Below are positions 34,175 to 45,973 of a DNA stretch of 64,000 nt, piece by piece. The first letter of the stretch is position 1. Each line of letters begins with the position of its first letter. The stretch comes from Carpediemonas membranifera BICM. Lineage: Eukaryota; Protista; Fornicata. The DNA is taken from assembly GCA_019828565.1 (NCBI GenBank), contig JAHDYR010000067.1:106722-170721 (forward strand), read 5' to 3'. Made by a program: the position numbers and the translations under genes. The notes under the pieces are model-generated. The model was not told the origin of the DNA and did no database searches. It worked only from the letters and a program-made list of their open reading frames with translations.

Positions 34175-34733
34175 TTACTTCTGGTGCTTTTCCTGCTCTC
34201 TCTTCTCCATCACGTCGTCATACTCGGCCCTCGTCAGCCTCACAGTTGTCATCCCGGCATCACGGATGTGCTCAAAGGCCTCAACGGGCAGCTTCGGCAT
34301 CCCGTCCTCGCTGTCGCTGCTGCTGCCCAAGTCTGACTCGCTCTCGTGATAGCGGCGAAGGCGAATGCGTCTGCTGGGCTCCCTGGTCTTCATAGCGTCA
34401 TAGAGCGGAGCGAGCCCACTTCCATTGGCCCCGCTACGGACACCCTCATCGGTATCTCTCTCAGACATATCACACTCAACCTGTTGTGACTGAACAAATG
34501 ACAGGTTGTCGACGAGGCTATCCTCGGCATCGCTGTCTGAACTCTCCTCATCCTCCCACTCTCCTTCCAGCATCTCCAACCCGGCCTCATCGTCAAACTC
34601 GCCCTCCACTGCGGTCTCCGGCATCTCTGCCTCGCCAGCTGTCTCGTCAAACAGCGCCTCATCGTCAGACTCACCCTCCCCTGTGTCGACCCCCATCGGG
34701 ATTACGCTGGTCGTGGAGCTGGACCATCCTCAT
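34175..34733 (-). CDS. acidic protein, copy 4 (extra base in C-run near 34690)
   Basis: Repeat-unit ORF; unit is 1097 bp. Confidence 0.5.
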
Positions 34734-35341
34734 CCTGAGCTTTTTGTAAAGCCACCAGGTCGGCAGAGCTTAAGGTAATCCTGGCGCCCTCATCCTGGCG
34801 CCTCATCCCTGGCGCCGTCATCCCTGGCGTCCTCTCCCTCATAAATCTGAATCATCTTCTTGTCTTGCTCCCGATGTTGTCATTGCTGTTTTCGTGTCCA
34901 CAAGCATTCCAGTCTCATTATAATGTTTATTCAGTACCAAATCATCCTTTAGTGACGGGCATTCTCATCTGCATTGCCGAGAAAAAGAGTTGATGTTGAT
35001 TAGATGGTGACGAATGCATTACCGGACATTTGACGCGCACAACCTGCTTAATACTGCATAAAAGCATCGCTGATCGCTTTCTCTTCTGTTCTTCAACGCC
35101 CAAGGAGCGGCTTCCAGGTCGGCAACGGTTGCCGACCTGGACCCGTGCAGTTTATGCTCGCAACCAAAGTTGGTCACAGTTTCAATGATACGTGTTAACA
35201 ATGCAACATAGACGGGTAAACACTGGTGTGAACTAATATATCCTCGCTAATTCACGTGACGTGAGTGATGTTGCACTTGTGACTATGAACAGACTCCTAG
35301 TTAATAGTACCGATCAAATTACCGAATACTTCATGTCATAT

Positions 35342-37290
35342 TTAGTTCTTACGTCTCCTAATCTTCACCTGGGTCGGCTTTGAGACCTTCCGCAAAGTTG
35401 CATGTCGACCCATCAACTGTATCACGTAGTTGATGTCGAGCCTGGCGCACTCCGCCCTAAAACTCTCCAGCGCTCTACTCTGATCGCCATCGAAGGGACG
35501 CCGCACTGTCAATGCATTGCCCTTCTCGTTACGGTAAATGTGCGTGATCATCTTCTCATCAATGTTGACAAGCATGGTCGGCTTCCCTGTCATCGAAGTC
35601 CACACTCTGATTGCTTCAACGCATGCCCATCTCGTCACTGTCCCGTCACTATTGACGTGCCCAGGAAACAGCTCATCCAGAAGCTCTATCTCTGTCATCT
35701 TTGAGAATACGGCCATGGTCCTTGCGTGGGCGAGGAGCGTCTGGCGGTAAGCTGTCGCCTCATCCTCAGCCTTGAGCTTCTGCGACAAGGGCAATTTGCG
35801 TCTGAACGCAGTAAATGTTCTCAGACCCGACATCATCATCAGGCAGTGAATGATGCAGTTCCCATAACCCAGGGTCGGATACGTAGGCCAACCTGAACTC
35901 GGAAGCCTTGTCGTGATGATCATGTCGAATGCCACAGTTCGGTTGTAGCGGGTTGGGTCAGACCTGGCGTTGACCACTCTTCCGCTCTCCTCGGTTTCAC
36001 CCTCCTCCTCTGCCCCACCCTCCTCGTCTGACTCGGCCTTCTCTTCCTCCTGCTCCTCCTCTGACTTACTCTTGGCCGGAGAGTGCTGTGCGATGATATC
36101 CTTCATCTCAGGCGTAAAGTTGAGGTCTATGGGGTCTGCCAGGTCATTCGGAGCGGTTGCTTGTGCAGACGCTGAGCAAACATCCTCGTCGTCGCCGGAG
36201 TTGCCGCCCTCGAGGTCGCCAAAGTGCAGCTCCTCCATCAACTCATCCGCCACTGGCTCCTCTTCCTCCTCTGACTCGACCTCCTCCACTGGCTCCTCTT
36301 CCTCCTCTGACTCCTCCTCCGAGTCCTCTGGCCTGGCCTTCTCGGGCGTGATGATGAGGGCCTTGCGCTTCACAGACATGGCTGCCTGCGCCTCGTCCGT
36401 ATCGCGTCGGGGACAGGAAGTCCTGGAGACTGTGCCAGACTGTGGCGGGATGGGGCTGCATGGGAGTGATGCATCCATGGACTTGTCAGCGTCATAGGCT
36501 GCCTCTCGCTCAGCCTGCTGCTGCAGAAGGCGTCGATGCAGCGTGATGACTTCCTCACTCTTTGCCGTCAAGCTCTTCCTCAACTGCTTGACTCTCTTCT
36601 TGTATCCTCGAACAATTTTGTGATAGTAATCGATGATAGCGCCAGTACCTGGGGGGAGCAGGGGCGTACCTTCTCCCGCGGGGGTCTCCAACCATTCCAG
36701 GGCGATGATGTACTCTTCGAAGTACGAGCGGCAGGAGTGCTTCATGTAAGCAAGGTCTGCCTCCTTGCTGCGCACCCTGGCAACCATTGCTGTGACATGG
36801 TCGCGCACAAGCGCGTTGGTGGATGTCGCGTTGCGCCACGCCCGAACCTTGACACTCAGCGCCTCTTTTTCGATACGCGCGCCCTCATTCTCCTTGGCAT
36901 ACTCAGCCCTCTTGGAGTTCTTGAAGGCTGTGACAGCGGCCGACTCAAACGCCTTCATCTCCTTCTCCGTGAAGGTTGCCTCGATGTTCTCGTTCGAGGT
37001 CTTATCCTGCACCTGCTGAGACAGCAATGCCTCGAGTTCTGCCTTCTTCTCGCCCTGAATCTCGAAATATGAGCACAGGTGGTTAAAGTTGATCCCTATA
37101 TAAACATTTGCACCAATTACGTACCGTTCTTGACGACTATATCGAAGATATCGTTCTCGTCGAGCAATTTGTCCCGAAGAACGGCACTCTTCGCCTTGTT
37201 TGTCTTCTTCTCCTTGAATTCGGTGATAACGGCCTCAATCACATCATCTGAGGTGCTCTCGATCCACTCGTGAAGGAATTCGAACGTCAT
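35342..37290 (-). CDS. coiled-coil + acidic + C-terminal OTU-like cysteine protease (intron 37096-37124)
   Basis: PTLGYGNCIIHC, W-x-loop (RWACVEAIRVW), IQLMGRHATL; 29-nt GTACGT..ATAG intron joins the 37117-37389 ORF in frame. Confidence 0.72.
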
Positions 37291-38074
37291 TCTTCTCTTC
37301 GTTATATCCCAATAATGGACATATAACAGAGATGAGAAAATTGCCAGTAACCGTAGGCAACGGGGTGTCGGAAACGTTATACCATACAAACGGGGGATAT
37401 AATCGCTCCGAAAACATCCATTATGTGGACTGAATGGCGATATAACGTATGGGGAGTGATCCGACGAGCTTTCGGGCGGTGCAGGCTAAGACACACCAAG
37501 TCTGTGGTGCTATAACGTACCTCGGGACGCACTGTGGAGGCCCCTAGAGTACTCGGTCATGGCATGTCAGACCAAGGGTCCCTCAAATCTGGCCCCATTC
37601 AGGATGCACCCCCTAAATGTTCCGTTGCAAGCGTCTGACGGGCGTTCTCTGGATACCGACCAAGATGGAGGTCACGTGGATGAACGGACGATAATTGCGG
37701 TATTCTGGCCATGCCTGGTACTCTCAAATCATCTGTACTGCTCTGTGCTCCATTTATAGTTCATATCGTTTCGTCCTGATGGACTTTTGGTACTTGATGT
37801 TGTTTAGAGATAATTGTTGCTTTAATGATGCTCTGCGCCCGCATACTGATGTTTCTTAGTGATATGTGCATGCCTGTATCGTTAAAGCCGCCAGTATTCT
37901 TCCTATTCTTCAGTTCGTCATTTCGGTCTCGTTGCGAGCATAAAGTGCGCGAATGCGCGGGTCAGTTCACCCGTTTTCAGCGAAGCTGATGCGACAACAC
38001 AGAGGCAAGCGAATCCTTACACCCCAGACGTCGCCAGGAGGCCGTTGTCTGCCAGGATCTATAAGCAGTGATGA

Positions 38075-38404
38075 GATATACGGATTTCAGACTTTCTGCC
38101 TGCACGACCTCAAATGTTGACTCCCCTCGGCACCGAAAAGGCACCTATATCCATGAATACCCTCTACAGTGATGTATCCACCCGATAAATGGATTTCAAA
38201 TTTGTCGGGTCTCATGATAAATGGATTTCAGACTTTCGTACTGTTGGCCATCTGAGAATTTATGAACGACCTCTAGAATATTTTGAAATGCAAGAACGTG
38301 CCTATGGCACTCTTTTGTACCCCTGAACACGGTTTGACCACTGTTTTGGGCATTTGGAGAGATTCGAATTTTTGTGCATGACGAAAGTCTGAAATCCGTA
38401 TATC
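38075..38404. promoter_or_regulatory. 22-bp perfect inverted repeat pair plus internal GATAAATGGATTTCA direct copies directly upstream of ORF 38406
   Basis: GATATACGGATTTCAGACTTTC at 38075-38096, reverse complement at 38383-38404; function inferred. Confidence 0.5.
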
Positions 38405-38405
38405 G

Positions 38406-39794
38406 ATGGAAGGAAGCCCGCAGGAGATGGAAACAACCATGGAAGCTGTAAAGAATGCTTGGTTGTGCACCATCAGCAAGAAATCTTCCCGGAAAGCGGC
38501 TGCAAACAACCTTTCGCGGTTCGTTCAATTCGTACAACGTGAGCGAGGGAGTACCGAGGACGAAGCGCTCTCCGTGATCCGATCCGAGGAGGTTAGATCG
38601 CTTGTGCCCGGTTTTGCTGCATCATTGAACAAGGCAACCGCTGCTGTCACTCTCAGTGCCGTCAACTCATTCCGAAACTCCGGCAGAGACAATGTCAAGC
38701 CGCTTGGGCAGTTTGAGCCTGTCGCATCGGAAGCTATTGTCCGACTAGTCTTCCCCTACAATGCGCTGGCTCTTATCATCAGCCACACGGGCATGACTGC
38801 CACATCAGCCCGCGATATTGATGTGAGCGAGCTCCAGATTCCCCCGGAACTCTCTGACTGGTTGCTATTCACCGGGGCACCATCTGCGATGTCCGCTGTG
38901 ATGCCTAGCACCTTCTCGCAGGCTCTCAAGTCGGTCGGGCTGAGTGTTAACCAGCTTCGCTATGCGCCCACTGTGCATGTCGATCTCAATCAGCTCAAGA
39001 AGCGGGTGATTGAGACACAAAGACGGACTGGCAGGCCCAGGGATCCGATCAAGGTTCGTAAGGTCATTAAGGACAAGCGCATCAGCCTGACCGATGAGCA
39101 GTTCAGGCATCAGTTGGCGTCCAGTCACTTAACGACCACGCGGCGCCCAACGATCCTCGATCTCAACCCGGAGATCCGAAGCTCTGCTGACCTGGTGCCG
39201 CCGACGCTCGATGACTGGCTTTACAACAAGCTCAGGATTAGGATGGTCCAGCTCCACGACCAGCGTAAGCCCGAGGGGGTCGACACGGGGGAGGGTGAGT
39301 CTGACGATGAGGCGCTGTTTGACGAGACAGCTGGCGAGGCAGAGATGCCGGAGACCGCAGTGGAGGGCGAGTTTGACGATGAGGCCGGGTTGGAGATGCT
39401 GGAAGGAGAGTGGGAGGATGAGGAGAGTTCAGACAGCGATGCCGAGGATAGCCTCGTCGACAACCTGTCATTTCTTCAGTCACAACAGGTTGAGTGTGAT
39501 ATGTCTGAGAGAGATACCGATGAGGGTGTCCGTAGCGGGGCCAATGGAAGTGGGCTCGCTCCGCTCTATGACGCTATGAAGACCAGGGAGCCCAGCAGAC
39601 GCATTCGCCTTCGCCGCTATCACGAGAGCGAGTCAGACTTGGGCAGCAGCAGCGACAGCGAGGACGGGATGCCGAAGCTGCCCGTTGAGGCCTTTGAGCA
39701 CATCCGTGATGCCGGGATGACAACTGTGAGGCTGACGAGGGCCGAGTATGACGACGTGATGGAGAAGAGAGAGCAGGAAAAGCACCAGAAGTAA
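38406..39794 (+). CDS. degenerate tyrosine-recombinase-like N-terminus fused to acidic tail
   Basis: LALIISHTGMTATSARDIDVSEL (box I-like, R->T), GLSVNQLRYA (box II-like), no catalytic Tyr region; last ~185 aa = amplified acidic ORF. Confidence 0.65.
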   Translation: MEGSPQEMETTMEAVKNAWLCTISKKSSRKAAANNLSRFVQFVQRERGSTEDEALSVIRSEEVRSLVPGFAASLNKATAAVTLSAVNSFRNSGRDNVKPLGQFEPVASEAIVRLVFPYNALALIISHTGMTATSARDIDVSELQIPPELSDWLLFTGAPSAMSAVMPSTFSQALKSVGLSVNQLRYAPTVHVDLNQLKKRVIETQRRTGRPRDPIKVRKVIKDKRISLTDEQFRHQLASSHLTTTRRPTILDLNPEIRSSADLVPPTLDDWLYNKLRIRMVQLHDQRKPEGVDTGEGESDDEALFDETAGEAEMPETAVEGEFDDEAGLEMLEGEWEDEESSDSDAEDSLVDNLSFLQSQQVECDMSERDTDEGVRSGANGSGLAPLYDAMKTREPSRRIRLRRYHESESDLGSSSDSEDGMPKLPVEAFEHIRDAGMTTVRLTRAEYDDVMEKREQEKHQK

Positions 39795-41229
39795 ATGGCG
39801 AGTGATTATCAACTGGATGCAGAGGCTGAGCGGCGTAACTAGCCTGCCAGGGTCCGTGTACACAGTATGTGTCTTGGCCAAGCTTGACTTCGTCGGTTGG
39901 CCGAAAAAGCATAAACTGCACGGGTCCAGGTCGGCAACCGTTGCCGACCTGGAAGCCGCTCCTTGGGCGTTGAAGAACAGAAGAGAAAGCGATCAGCGAT
40001 GCTTTTATGCAGTATTAAGCAGGTTGTGCGCGTCAAATGTCCGGTAATGCATTCGTCACCATCTAATCAACATCAACTCTTTTTCTCGGCAATGCAGATG
40101 AGAATGCCCGTCACTAAAGGATGATTTGGTACTGAATAAACATTATAATGAGACTGGAATGCTTGTGGACACGAAAACAGCAATGACAACATCGGGAGCA
40201 AGACAAGAAGATGATTCAGATTTATGAGGGAGAGGACGCCAGGGATGACGGCGCCAGGGATGAGGCGCCAGGATGAGGGCGCCAGGATTACCTTAAGCTC
40301 TGCCGACCTGGTGGCTTTACAAAAAGCTCAGGATGAGGATGGTCCAGCTCCACGACCAGCGTAATCCCGATGGGGGTCGACACGGGGAGGGTGAGTCTGA
40401 CGATGAGGCGCTGTTTGACGAGACAGCTGGCGAGGCAGAGATGCCGGAGACCGCAGTGGAGGGCGAGTTTGACGATGAGGCCGGGTTGGAGATGCTGGAA
40501 GGAGAGTGGGAGGATGAGGAGAGTTCAGACAGCGATGCCGAGGATAGCCTCGTCGACAACCTGTCATTTGTTCAGTCACAACAGGTTGAGTGTGATATGT
40601 CTGAGAGAGATACCGATGAGGGTGTCCGTAGCGGGGCCAATGGAAGTGGGCTCGCTCCGCTCTATGACGCTATGAAGACCAGGGAGCCCAGCAGACGCAT
40701 TCGCCTTCGCCGCTATCACGAGAGCGAGTCAGACTTGGGCAGCAGCAGCGACAGCGAGGACGGGATGCCGAAGCTGCCCGTTGAGGCCTTTGAGCACATC
40801 CGTGATGCCGGGATGACAACTGTGAGGCTGACGAGGGCCGAGTATGACGACGTGATGGAGAAGAGAGAGCAGGAAAAGCACCAGAAGTAAATGGCGAGTG
40901 ATTATCAACTGGATGCAGAGGCTGAGCGGCGTAACTAGCCTGCCAGGGTCCGTGTACACAGTATGTGTCTTGGCTAAGCTTGACTTCGTCGGTTGGCCGA
41001 AAAAGCATAAACTGCACGGGTCCAGGTCGGCAACCGTTGCCGACCTGGAAGCCGCTCCTTGGGCGTTGAAGAACAGAAGAGAAAGCGATCAGCGATGCTT
41101 TTATGCAGTATTAAGCAGGTTGTGCGCGTCAAATGTCCGGTAATGCATTCGTCACCATCTAATCAACATCAACTCTTTTTCTCGGCAATGCAGAGGAGAA
41201 TGCCCGTCACTAAAGGATGATTTGGTACT
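39221..41229. repeat. block C: inverted-orientation copies of the 1096-bp unit
   Basis: Reverse complement of block B units. Confidence 0.92.
40333..40890 (+). CDS. 185-aa acidic protein, copy 5
   Basis: Repeat-unit ORF. Confidence 0.6.
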   Translation: MRMVQLHDQRNPDGGRHGEGESDDEALFDETAGEAEMPETAVEGEFDDEAGLEMLEGEWEDEESSDSDAEDSLVDNLSFVQSQQVECDMSERDTDEGVRSGANGSGLAPLYDAMKTREPSRRIRLRRYHESESDLGSSSDSEDGMPKLPVEAFEHIRDAGMTTVRLTRAEYDDVMEKREQEKHQK

Positions 41230-41514
41230 AACAGGCTTTAATAAGCATGTCAAGCCTGTGATCACGATAACAGCCTTCAATAACTACATCAAGGCAATAC
41301 ATCAAGAAGATTGTTTAAAGAGACGGCGGGGAGCAAGATGCAGGGAGAGCGGCAGGGAAACGAAGGCATGGGGACAGGAGCCCGAGAAGAGCGCCTGGAG
41401 AACGGTGAGGAAGAACGGCGGGGAAGAGCAGCCGGGCGCATGGTACACACATCTGTCATCATGTGGCATCAACATTGCCACAGTGGTCAACTCAATAACA
41501 AGCAATGTCTTCAT

Positions 41515-42797
41515 TTACTCACTGTTCTGGATCACCAATTCGTACGACGAGTAACAGTCGGGACAGAGCCGAATCTTGGGAATCGACTTGCCACAGATGA
41601 CAATCTTCAGCAGCTCCATCTGTACGCAGTTGGCAGAGTTACAGAACCAGTGCCCGCACTGCCTACAGTGCACGGCTGAGTCGTTGCGTCGGCATGCGTA
41701 ACACTTCTTCTCATTGAGGCAATAGCTACACGTGTATTTCCAGCGACCCTTAGTGGACTCGGCCCAGTTCTTGTTCTTTCCAGTCTTAGGCCGGGGAGGG
41801 ACACAGCGTGAGTTGTCGTGGAAGTTCACTTTGCATTCCTGGCAAGTCACAAACTTTGACGTCACGCGATTGTCGATCCAGTCCAGACTGTGGCAATGGC
41901 CGCAACAGAAACAAAGCAGCCTATTCTGAATGTCGAGAATCGAGAAAGAATCATCACCGACCTCAGACACATCGTCATCGTTGTCCCCTTGGCTGGCCAG
42001 ACGTGCCTCCACGGTGGCGAGCCTCTGATCGACACTCATCGCGACACGGTGAACATCGTGCAGCACAATCGACTCGCGAGGCGCTTGAGGGGAAGCTGGA
42101 GAGGGAACCGAAGTGGGACCGGACGATGAGTGCAGGAAAGGCTCACTTTTCACGCAAAGCTCTTGCTTCACGTGTGTAAGGGCGGGGGTGGCAGGGTTGG
42201 GGATTTCAACTGTTCTGCACTTGCCCACAAATCTCTCCGGGTCATTGATATCGGGCACACAGAGATTAAAGTCTCGGGAGTCGAGATTATCTGGCACAGG
42301 AATATTGAGTCTCGACAGGACGGATCTGATCGCGCTGGTTAGCTCCGAACGGACTGGGCGAGGGAGCTCTTGCAGAGAGCATGGACAACCTTGGGTTTCC
42401 CGTCAGATATGGCCACAGTAACCCCCATCGTCTCAGCCCAATCTCGGACGTTCTTCGCAACAACCCTTCCCATCGAGACGCCAGGTTTCAACTTCAGCTC
42501 ATCGAGGAAGTCCGGTGTTTCGGAGCACGGCTGAAGAAACGACACGATGATGTGGTTGAACGCATTTCCGAGCTTTTTGATGGACAGGCCAGTTGGGTCT
42601 GAGTCAAAGACGTCAAACGCAAACGTGAAGAAGGCCTTAAGCATGCCCATCATGAGAATTGACCGGCAAGTACTCAAAGCGGTTGTGTTCCACTTCGTCA
42701 TCGGTCTCGATCTCTTAGAAACTGCCTTAACTGCATGATCGTCCGCCATGTTCTCATTTACGGCCGCGCGCTTCGTTTCTAGCTCCGTTTCTGTCAT
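41515..42797 (-). CDS. PHD finger + FYVE/ADD-like zinc finger protein (two ORFs joined by a short intron or frameshift near 42340)
   Basis: CFCC..FVTCQECKVNFHDNSRC..WKYTCSYC (C4HC3) followed by CYAC..HCRQCGHWFCNSANC..RLCPDC. Confidence 0.7.
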
Positions 42798-42987
42798 TCC
42801 AGAGTAGATTTTCTACTAAAAATTGGCATTGTTACAACCAATCATTAACATTAATAGAGAAGGAGAATAAAGACTCACCAGCCCGCGGCCAATCGTGACT
42901 CAGGTTCGCATCAGACGTCGACAGAGACGAGTTAAACATGAGGCTGGGCAATTGTCTTCTGAGCTAATCCTTAACCTTTCAAAGAGG

Positions 42988-45510
42988 ATGCTAATACCGA
43001 AGTGGACGCTATTACACGGCACTATTTATGCTCCTCAAGAGGATACTGGCATCAACACCATTCTATGCAGCGTGTACCTTTCCATTGACTCAGATAACGT
43101 CAGCACACATCGGTTTCGTGTTTCCAAAGCTCCCCAACGCCGTGAGTTCGTCCAGGTTGTTCAAGAGTTGCTCAGTGCAGGATATATATGTCGCCAGGAT
43201 GTTTCAAAGCAGCTGTACCCCTCTCCGACTGCCACATCTATCGCTGCGGAGAAGAGGAATCACACGACTTACCCAAGAGCCTACGTGAAGCATACATCCG
43301 CAGTTGACACTCTCGCAGCCGAGAATGAGTGTCTACGGAAGCGTCTGGCCGACACGGAGCGCCTGATTCAACTAACGAACCAGCTCAAGTCCATCACAAA
43401 CGGATACAATGCCGTTAACGACGAGATCCGCATAATGAACTCTCTTGCAGGTAGGCTTAACCTTGATATTGTGTGGATATCTCCTGTTACCTCGAAGATC
43501 AAGTCTCTCGCGTGTAATATCCAGAATATGGAGGAGATAGAATCACTTCTCCAATCTGACACCGCTTGGAGGAGATTTATCCGCAGTCACGTTCCCGCCA
43601 ACATTCAGCACAGGGTAACGGCGAGAAGGTCTGATCAGGCCAATCAGGAATATGAGCTCGACCTCATCACCCATGTCGAAGCTCCTCTTGATGTTGTACG
43701 ATCATCTATTCAGGGCGACTCGGCCCATGCAGAGCACGTTGCAGGAAAAATCGTCGTCTTCTATGACTCAGAGCAGGACCGTGAGACTCACTATAGCATC
43801 ATGAAAGAGCAAGGCCTCACCCCTCGGATGCAGACGAGTACAAGATATACCCATGTATATCATGCATCATTTGATATCATGGAGTATTATCGCCAAGCGG
43901 TTGCATTCCCCGTATCGCTGGAGACGTCACGATCCGGGCGCAAGAGTGCAGCTCGGACATTAAGACGACAGAGTCATTCCGCTGAGACGGGGACGATCCC
44001 ACTCGTGTTAGAGGTGTGGGTCGATGCGTGGAGAGGTCTGACAACCGCTGTTAAGATTCGTTTCCTCGACGACTCCCACAAAGTCTTTCCGTCTGGTGCG
44101 ACTCCTCCTTTCCGGATTCTTGAATACAACGGCCCAGAAAGTCTCATCACTGAGCACTTTGCCTTCATTGAACAATCCATCGAGAGCACACACCGCGAGG
44201 TGCTGGAAGTCAGGAACACGGGTCTCCTCTGCCGAGTAACGCGTGTCTTTATTATCGCAGACCATCCAGCCATGTCCAAGGTTTGCGGGGCACTCATTGG
44301 AGGCAATTACCCCTCGCCATTCAGTTCCGTTCATTCGAAGAACAAGGGCTGGAGTCCCTTTGGTCGCACCCCGCGCTGCACCTTGGCAGATATCCTGCTG
44401 GCGAAGCATAAGTCACAGTTCGACACTGTTATGGACAGAGAGGCCAAATGGGGATCCTTCTATAACCATCAGAAGAAGTGCATCGCTCCCACTTTGTTTG
44501 AGACGTCGACTGCATCGCTGCCCAGAGACTGCGTCTTCTTATTCCCTCCGATCATGCATGTCAGTCATGACTTTGTGTCGTTGATTCATGCCATGTGCCG
44601 CATGTTCAAGCCAGAGCCAATTGACCCAGACAGCGACCCTCGTCAAATTAAGGAGGTGAAGGCAAGGAACGCGATGCTAGCGAATCTGGCGTCGTTTGAG
44701 CCACCCAGCCGTACGACGGGCTGCAACGAGCAAGTCAAGGGGAGAAAGATGATAGCATCGATTGGACTTAAGCTGCATCGTGCGTTCCCGCCACCCGTGC
44801 AGTCATTATTCATACTCGCTGCATACCTCCAGGAGCACTACTATTCCCACGAGGATGTAACTGAGAACATGGTCGTGTGGCATCGCTTGACAGCACTTCT
44901 CGTGCACCTCTTCTCTGTGACCATGTGTCTTAGCACATCTAACACGGTTGCCCCAGACATTCCGATCCGTCAACCATCTGCGACTCCCGATACGGCGCCG
45001 TGTGTTGATACACTTCACGGATTGGCGCGTATTGCCGCGCTGCCGGAGATACAAGCGAAGACTCGGGCCTCCTTTGGTCGAGTCATCGAAGAGTGCTTTG
45101 AACGTGATTTCATTGGGAATCAGGAGAGTCGAGTGCGATTGCGTCAGAACCAGACGGTTCTTGAGAGCACTATTCTGAAGGAGCAGGTTGAGTTGCTGTT
45201 CAGATGCCTTCGTGGAGTGATTTCCTACGGAAGACGCGAAACAGATGTCCCACCCCAGTCACCCCTGAAACTTATGCGCATTCATAAGTGTTGTAAGGAT
45301 GCCAATTGGTGGCTTCGTATCCGGAGTGTGCATTCTAAGACGCTGACAGCGACTGAGTGCCAAAAAGCTGCACATGGTGTTTACGAAGGAAGTCAACGGC
45401 CTATGGCGCACTGTCTTGTCGAAAGCAGACTGTAGCTTTGACTCAGACTGGCTGGATGTTCCCATTCACGAGCAGGGACACACTCTTGATGTTTGCATAT
45501 GCAAGAGATA
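42988..45510 (+). CDS. DDE transposase, CMC (CACTA/Mirage/Chapaev)/Transib-RAG1-like; C-terminus probably extends by frameshift to 45510
   Basis: Putative triad EVWVD / IIADHPA..G..GGNYP / IEECFERDF, plus PPIMH; largest ORF inside the TIRs. Confidence 0.72.
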
Positions 45511-45709
45511 GTAAAGATCGGATTTAGTCTCGCGGTCAATCTCACGTGGCCCAGAGCAGCGTGCTCCTGGAATCAACAGGGCATAAAACACCCTGCGTAT
45601 TCCGGTAGCACACCGTTCTGACTCACGTCCGTCTCTGGTTGTCGTACAGGTCTATTTACGTGTTTGGCGATGGCGCTCCTGACATAAGCTTAATGGCGTG
45701 TCGTGGCTG

Positions 45710-45973
45710 TCAGTATGCTGCAAATGTCTCAGCGAGAAAGGAGTCACCAATCGCGTTCAGCTTACTTGTTTCTCGCCTGATACTGCTCGTAATATCGTTC
45801 AAGCGTGAATCTATGAAGTAATGGGACTGAATGGCCTCTATTGCGTCAATTTCCTGCGTAATCGTTGTTGAATGGTCTAGAATAGATGTTGCAGCTACTT
45901 CCAGCTCATGTTGCATGCTAAATGCTGTGTTTTTGGACAATTGGTCGTGTTCAGGCAGAATTTTTTCGTGCAA
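45710..45973 (-). CDS. small hypothetical coiled-coil protein
   Basis: 87-aa ORF with heptad pattern. Confidence 0.3.
   Translation of the reverse strand: MHEKILPEHDQLSKNTAFSMQHELEVAATSILDHSTTITQEIDAIEAIQSHYFIDSRLNDITSSIRRETSKLNAIGDSFLAETFAAY

Larger units (their letters stand above)
31549..35158. repeat. tandem array of 1096-bp units (~3.3 copies), block B
   Basis: Anchor CTCATAAATCTGAATC at 31549, 32645, 33741, 34838. Confidence 0.95.

Noticed and set aside
38406-39794. Active tyrosine recombinase as the mobilising enzyme (Crypton/Starship-like)
   Set aside because: Catalytic Arg and Tyr not visible; TIR architecture and a DDE-type ORF explain mobility
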